Source: a candidate division WOR-3 bacterium (GTDB lineage Bacteria > Hydrothermota > Hydrothermia > LBFQ01). Taken from it: a stretch of DNA of 64,000 bases. The translations under genes were made by a program, and so were the position numbers. The notes under the pieces were generated by a model. It did no database searches, was not told the DNA's origin, and saw only the letters and a list, made by a program, of their open reading frames with translations. Location: NCBI GenBank assembly GCA_039802605.1, contig JBDRWW010000005.1:36902-100901 (forward strand). The letters are read 5' to 3'. This document shows, piece by piece, positions 58,346 through 64,000 of the stretch (positions are counted from its first letter, which is position 1; every line of letters starts with the position of its first letter).

Positions 58346-61300
58346 AAATGGATAAATTAATACGCTGGGTTTTAAATAATCCCTTTCTAACCCTAACTAT
58401 AACGGCGTTTTTTGTTATATTGGGCTTTATAGCGGTTTATAAAACACCCCTTGACGCAATACCCAACATATCCGATACGCAGGTAATAATTGAGGCCAAG
58501 TGGGAGGGGCAAGACCCAACGACAATGGAAGATCAAGTGACATATCCCATAGCTTCCGCCATGCTTTCCGCGCCAAAAACAAAGGCGGTTAGGGGCTTTT
58601 CGATGCCAAACAAGTCCTTGATATATGTCATTTTTGAAGATGGGACGGATATATATTGGGCCAGGAGTAGGGTTTTGGAATACCTTTCGGGAATAAGCCT
58701 ACCGGATGAAGTTTCGTTAAGACTGGGACCGGACGCAACCGCCCTTGGGTGGGTGTTTATGTACGCCCTTATTGATACATCCGGAAAAAACGATATATCC
58801 TTTTTGAGGACTTTTAACGATTTCTACCTACGATATAGAATACTTTCGGCGGATGGGGTATCGGATGTTGCGAGCGTAGGGGGGTACTTAAAGGAATATC
58901 AGGTAGATATAGACCCTTATAAGCTCAGGGCTTACGGTTTAACACTAAAAGATGTTTTAAACGCCGTTAAGGGTTCAAATATGCAAGGTGGGGGAAGGGT
59001 AATAGAGGTTTCCGAAAGGTATTATATGATTAGGGGTTTGGGTTATATAAAATCCCCGGAAGATTTGGAAAAGGCTGTTATAAAGACCGATCCGGAAACC
59101 GGGGCAAGTATAAAGTTGGGTGATGTTGCAATTGTCCAATTGGGGCCGGCATTACAGGAGGGTGCCGCCGATTTGGATGGGAAAGGGGAAGTTGTTGGGG
59201 GAATAGTCATAATGAGGGACGGGGAAAACGCTTTGAGGGTTATAAACAATGTTAAAAGGGTTTTAAGCGAAACCCCCCTACCCGAAGGCGTAAAGATCGT
59301 TATAACATATGACAGGAGCGAACTCATAAAGGAGGCGGTTAGCACCCTTTTTAATACCCTTATAAAGGAATCAATAGCCGTTTTAATAGTGGTTGCCATA
59401 TTCCTTTTTACCCTAAGGGGTTCGCTACCCATAGTGGTGTTCTTGCCCTTGGCCCTCATAATCCCTTACATATTTATATATGCAATGCGTATAACCACCA
59501 ACATTATGAGCCTTGGGGGTATGGCTTTGAGCATCGGGGTAATGGTGGATGCGGGTATAGTAATGGTTGAAAATACTTTTAAACATTTTGAAAAAAATCC
59601 ACCTAAAACATTTGGTGAGAGGTTGGAAATCGTGTATAAGGCCATATGCGAAGTCGCCCCATCCATAATTTTCTCATTGGCAATTGTTACAATATCCTTT
59701 TTGCCCATCTTTGCATTAACGGGTGAAGAGGGGAGGCTCTTTAAACCCTTGGCTTTTACAAAAACATTGACAATGGCGGTTGCCACGGTCTTATCAATTA
59801 CTTTAATGCCCGTTTTGATTTTATTAATCATTCCAAACAGGGTTAGGGATGAAACCCAAAACCCCGTAAATGTAATATTACACAAACTCTACGAGCCCAT
59901 ATTCAACTCAACGATGAAATACCCTTATGTATTCATCGGTACATGGGTGGTGATGAGTGTTATGGCCTTTTTCATTTTGAAAAGAATCCCCAACGAATTC
60001 ATGCCACCCCTTGAGGAGGGTTCCCTTTTGTATATGCCTTCATCCGTTGCGGGTGTCCCCCTTGACAAGGGTGTTGAAATTCTTAGAAAACAGGATTCAA
60101 TTTTAAAAACCTTTCCGGAAGTTGAAAGGGTTTTTGGGAAGATAGGTAGGGCGGACAACCCAACGGACCCCGCCCCCCTTTCAATGATAGAAACAACAAT
60201 CCTTTTAAAACCGGAAAAGGAATGGAGAAGGGGTATGACCTTGGAAAAACTCATCGGTGAGATGAACGAGAAATTACAATTCCCGGGGTGGGTGAACACA
60301 TGGGGTATGCCCATAAGGATAAGGGTGGATATGTTATCAACCGGTATAAGGACGCCGGTTGGGATTAAGGTTTTGGGCAACGACCCTTATAAAGTTGAGA
60401 GTTTGGCCGTTGAGGTGGAAAGGATAATTTCGGGATTAAAGGAAACCCAAACCGCCTTTGCGGATAGGTCTGCAAAAATGCTCTATGTTGATATAATTCC
60501 CAAGAGGGAAAAGCTCGCGGAGTATGGTTTAAGCGTGTCGGATTTAACGGATATTATAGGTAAGGTTATAGGGGGTATGCCGATTGGCTATGCTGTTGAG
60601 GGGAGGGAAAGGTATCCCATAAGGGTTAGGTTGGCGAGGGATTTTAGAGACGAGGTTGAGGATATAAGGGATTTGGAGTTTATAACACCCACCGGTGCGG
60701 TTGTTAGTCTTGGCAGTGTGGCGGATGTTAATATATCACGGGCGCCATCAGAAATAAAAAGCGATAACGGTTTTATAGCATCGTATGTTTATGTGGTTCC
60801 AAAGGGGGACATTGGAATGGATAGTTATGTTGAGATGGCTAAAAAAATTCTAAAAGAAAAACTAAAACTCCCTCCCGGATATTTCCTAGTATTCTCCGGG
60901 CAATACGAGAATCTCAAAAGGGCGCAACAAACTATGGTAATCATACTCCCAATAACGCTTATAATTATCTTCATCTTGCTTTATATGAACTTCCGCTCTT
61001 TCTTTAAATCAATCCTTGTGATTTTGAGTGTTCCCTTCACACTCTTTGGTGCCTTTGGATTAATGTATATCCTCGGATACAAAATGTCAATTGCTTCTTG
61101 GGTTGGAGTAGTGGCCCTTTTGGGTTTGACGGCGGAGTTGGGGGTTGTAATGATTATGTTTATGGATTTGGGATTAAAGGAACACCCATACGACCCATTA
61201 AAGGGTATATACGAGGGTGCCCTGAGGAGGTTGAGGCCCAAGGTTATGACGGCCACCACGACATTTATATCACTTATTCCCATAATGTTTGAAACCGAAG

Positions 61301-61422
61301 TAGGTTCGGGTGTTATGAAGAGGTTGGCCGCTCCCATGATAGGTGGGGTATTTTTCGCGTTAATATTGGTTTTGGTCGTGTATCCGGCGATATATAGGGT
61401 AATCTACGGGAGGGGCAAATGA
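58342..61422 (+). CDS. cusA: CusA/CzcA heavy-metal RND permease
   Basis: LDAIPNISDTQVI, GPDATALGWV, MVDAGIVMVEN, RIRVDMLSTG, RLRPKVMT. Confidence 0.95.
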   Translation: MKMDKLIRWVLNNPFLTLTITAFFVILGFIAVYKTPLDAIPNISDTQVIIEAKWEGQDPTTMEDQVTYPIASAMLSAPKTKAVRGFSMPNKSLIYVIFEDGTDIYWARSRVLEYLSGISLPDEVSLRLGPDATALGWVFMYALIDTSGKNDISFLRTFNDFYLRYRILSADGVSDVASVGGYLKEYQVDIDPYKLRAYGLTLKDVLNAVKGSNMQGGGRVIEVSERYYMIRGLGYIKSPEDLEKAVIKTDPETGASIKLGDVAIVQLGPALQEGAADLDGKGEVVGGIVIMRDGENALRVINNVKRVLSETPLPEGVKIVITYDRSELIKEAVSTLFNTLIKESIAVLIVVAIFLFTLRGSLPIVVFLPLALIIPYIFIYAMRITTNIMSLGGMALSIGVMVDAGIVMVENTFKHFEKNPPKTFGERLEIVYKAICEVAPSIIFSLAIVTISFLPIFALTGEEGRLFKPLAFTKTLTMAVATVLSITLMPVLILLIIPNRVRDETQNPVNVILHKLYEPIFNSTMKYPYVFIGTWVVMSVMAFFILKRIPNEFMPPLEEGSLLYMPSSVAGVPLDKGVEILRKQDSILKTFPEVERVFGKIGRADNPTDPAPLSMIETTILLKPEKEWRRGMTLEKLIGEMNEKLQFPGWVNTWGMPIRIRVDMLSTGIRTPVGIKVLGNDPYKVESLAVEVERIISGLKETQTAFADRSAKMLYVDIIPKREKLAEYGLSVSDLTDIIGKVIGGMPIGYAVEGRERYPIRVRLARDFRDEVEDIRDLEFITPTGAVVSLGSVADVNISRAPSEIKSDNGFIASYVYVVPKGDIGMDSYVEMAKKILKEKLKLPPGYFLVFSGQYENLKRAQQTMVIILPITLIIIFILLYMNFRSFFKSILVILSVPFTLFGAFGLMYILGYKMSIASWVGVVALLGLTAELGVVMIMFMDLGLKEHPYDPLKGIYEGALRRLRPKVMTATTTFISLIPIMFETEVGSGVMKRLAAPMIGGVFFALILVLVVYPAIYRVIYGRGK

Positions 61423-62516
61423 TTTTAATCCTCGCTTTAACACTTGATGATTATTTAAAGGGTGTTAAAAACCATCCGCAGATAAAGGGGTACGAAAGCG
61501 GTGTTAGGGTTTATTCCGGAAGGGTTATAACGGATCTTTTGCCACCAAATCCTACGCTAACATATAACGCCATGTTTATGCCCGGCGCAATATCCTTAGA
61601 CCAACCAATACCCCTTTCATGGCCTATAAAAACCCTTTCAAGCTTGGAAAACAAAAGGGCTATGGAATACCAATACTTAGAACTCAAAAACGAGTTCCTT
61701 TTTATGGCTATAAACTCATACCTTGATGCCTTGTATTTACATGAGAAAATAAGGGTTTTGGAGGAAATTTTGAAGAACCTACAAAGCGTTTATAAGAGCG
61801 TATCCGCCCTTTACAAGGTTGGGAAAATCCCGGAAAGTGAGTTAAAGAGGATAGAGGCAAAGATGAATGTAATTCGCGCCGATATAGAGGGGGCAAGGGG
61901 TGAATTACTTGGTAAAATGAAACTTGTGGAATACTTTTATGGAAAATCCGTTGATAGTTTGGAATTCCCACCCGTTGATACCCTACCCAACCTTGAAAGT
62001 TTGTTAAAGGATGTTGAGAAATCCCCTTACATCAAATCCCAATATCATGCAAAGCGCTCTTCAAATTACAACAGGCTTTCATCAATCCTATCTTTGGTCC
62101 CGGTTTTATCACCGGGAATCCTTTACAACAACGGTACGATGTCCTTTTCTATATCCTTTGAAATCCCCCTTTGGCTTCCCAAATATTTTGGGGATTTAAA
62201 GGGCTCCCAAAGCGAATACAAAATGCAAGAGTACATTTACCAAAGCGTTAAATTAAGGGTGAATTCGGAGGTTTATTCGGAATATGAGGCCTATGTCTCG
62301 TCTTTGGGCAGATTAAAATCCCTTGAAATGTCTTTAAAAGAACTTGAAAAGGCTTATTCTTCCGAACTCTCAAAGTATAAAACAACGGGCGCCGGTACGA
62401 CGGATTACCTGTTTATTCAAAACGATATACTTGAAACCGAACTGGCGATAATAAAGGAAAAACTTGAAGTTATAAGGAGGATATATAGGGTTAAATCGCT
62501 TCTTGGAACTATTTAA
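61419..62516 (+). CDS. TolC-family outer-membrane factor (CusC-like)
   Basis: LTLDD..., LPPNP, helical repeats, YKVG; last gene of the cus operon. Confidence 0.8.
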   Translation: MILILALTLDDYLKGVKNHPQIKGYESGVRVYSGRVITDLLPPNPTLTYNAMFMPGAISLDQPIPLSWPIKTLSSLENKRAMEYQYLELKNEFLFMAINSYLDALYLHEKIRVLEEILKNLQSVYKSVSALYKVGKIPESELKRIEAKMNVIRADIEGARGELLGKMKLVEYFYGKSVDSLEFPPVDTLPNLESLLKDVEKSPYIKSQYHAKRSSNYNRLSSILSLVPVLSPGILYNNGTMSFSISFEIPLWLPKYFGDLKGSQSEYKMQEYIYQSVKLRVNSEVYSEYEAYVSSLGRLKSLEMSLKELEKAYSSELSKYKTTGAGTTDYLFIQNDILETELAIIKEKLEVIRRIYRVKSLLGTI

Positions 62517-64000
62517 ACTCCCAGAATGACCTTTCCATCTTTTTCCAACCCATTTCTTCAAGGTTTTTTTGCACATCGTAATCCCCGTATGGAGCCTCAA
62601 TTATGTTTCCAAAATCCCTTTCCCTATAAAAATCACCACCATGGTCGTCAAGACGGAATATCTCTCCGGTTTCTGGGTCTTTGGTGAAGACATGCTCGCC
62701 CAAAGCGTTTGTCCAAGCGGTGTTCATATCCGATACGAACTCGTTCCCCTCAGAAATAATTTCCCTCCAAGACTCGGATTCCTCCCTTATGGAAGAAAGG
62801 TAGTTTTGAAAGGCTTGGGCTTCCCTCCTCCTCTCCTCAATTATATTCATGGTTAAAGCGTTAAGCCTTTTGTTTTCCGCAATGAATCTCTGGTTTGTAA
62901 TTTCCAACCACTGGGGGTTATAAAAATTGGAGTTTAAAAAGGATATTGCTATTCTTGAAAACTCAACATGCCTTTTCTCCGGCATTTGGAATGTAAAAAC
63001 AAAGATGGACCCACCGCCATACCCATTGGAAATTCCAAACATATCCGTGTTTACAAAACCGGCCAAAGAACAGAACCCTAAGCCATACCTAAGGGTATCC
63101 CCCTTAACGGCTTTAATGTATATTTTGTAAGCCATGCTTTTCCCCCCGGGTACCATAGAGGGTGGAGCCTTTAACCTTTGATAATCAATGTCCTCAACAT
63201 TCCAACCCTTATCCCAAATCAAGTTTATAATAAGGTCTTGGCAGGTTTTTTGGGATTCCACGCTTAAAAACCCCTCTGCCCTCCAAACTTTACCGTTCAG
63301 GTTATAAACCGTAAAAGCCGAATACCCCATAGGGCTACCGACATAGGAGGATTTAAAGTTAAAACCATCCAACCTTAGGAATTCCCCGGTTGTATCCCCA
63401 ACAAGTGAATAGGAAACCCCCCAAGCGGTTCCCAATTTTATAACGCTTCCGTTAAAGTTATACCCCTCGGGAACCAGGGAATACATAGCCACTATTCCGG
63501 ATGGGTCAAGGATTGAATCCACGGTAAATGGGATACGGTAAGATGGTGGGAGTATATGGAAACTTCCAACTATTTCTTTAAGCTCATTGAGATATAAGGT
63601 ATCGTATTTTGATGGGTATAACATGGCGGATACCCGTGTGTATTCCTTTCCACCGATGAGGACGAATATGGCGTCATATTCTCCTTTACCTTCGTTAATG
63701 GCAAACTTAGAGGGGAAGAGGATTTTCCTTAGGTATATAGCCCTTTCGTTTTCTTTACCCTCTTTATACATAACCTCTGTGCCGTTTAGTACATAAGGGG
63801 ATAAATCCCTTTTTAGAGAATTAAAAACCTCATCTATGCTTCCACGGGCAAAGGCCACCATGCCCGAATAGCCCTTATCGTTATATGCGTAAAATATTCC
63901 ACCAACGGTTTGAAAAGTCCAACCCTTATGGTGTCTAACATAATAGCCGTTTATAGGATCTACGAATACACCCTTCCCTTTGAATAGGGAATCCAAACCT
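62509..64000 (-). CDS. Hypothetical protein (5' end probably outside window)
   Basis: Frame open to the window edge; C-terminal coiled coil then FTKDPETGE and GWKKM motifs. Confidence 0.7.
   Translation of the reverse strand, partial: GLDSLFKGKGVFVDPINGYYVRHHKGWTFQTVGGIFYAYNDKGYSGMVAFARGSIDEVFNSLKRDLSPYVLNGTEVMYKEGKENERAIYLRKILFPSKFAINEGKGEYDAIFVLIGGKEYTRVSAMLYPSKYDTLYLNELKEIVGSFHILPPSYRIPFTVDSILDPSGIVAMYSLVPEGYNFNGSVIKLGTAWGVSYSLVGDTTGEFLRLDGFNFKSSYVGSPMGYSAFTVYNLNGKVWRAEGFLSVESQKTCQDLIINLIWDKGWNVEDIDYQRLKAPPSMVPGGKSMAYKIYIKAVKGDTLRYGLGFCSLAGFVNTDMFGISNGYGGGSIFVFTFQMPEKRHVEFSRIAISFLNSNFYNPQWLEITNQRFIAENKRLNALTMNIIEERRREAQAFQNYLSSIREESESWREIISEGNEFVSDMNTAWTNALGEHVFTKDPETGEIFRLDDHGGDFYRERDFGNIIEAPYGDYDVQKNLEEMGWKKMERSFWEFK

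Overview
Gene-dense, tightly overlapping chromosomal window from a diderm bacterium, probably a thermophilic FCB-related lineage such as WOR-3/Hydrothermae (inferred from PorU, T9SS-type C-terminal domains, kdsB and composition). It holds scrambled housekeeping genes (xerC-like, speD, dnaJ, pyrB, uvrC, secDF, recG, PBP1A, acnA, kdsB, nadC, dnaE), three CCA-less tRNAs, two orphan nuoA genes, a Rieske/cytochrome b/pentaheme-c complex, a copper locus (decayed copB, cusBA and a TolC-family gene), T9SS cargo with PorU, and an Omp28-TlpA-DUF6029 thiol cluster. Several accessory genes are eroded by short deletions. The most unusual signals concern gene expression and export. (1) All three tRNA genes are followed 1-2 nt after the discriminator by a TTG-initiated protein gene, resembling tRNA punctuation. 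(2) Almost every transcription unit starts with a TANNNT box 7-11 nt before the start codon and no Shine-Dalgarno. (3) Many proteins from exported families carry only a 5-8 residue uncharged hydrophobic N-terminus instead of a normal signal peptide. Family assignments come from motif recognition only; no searches were run.
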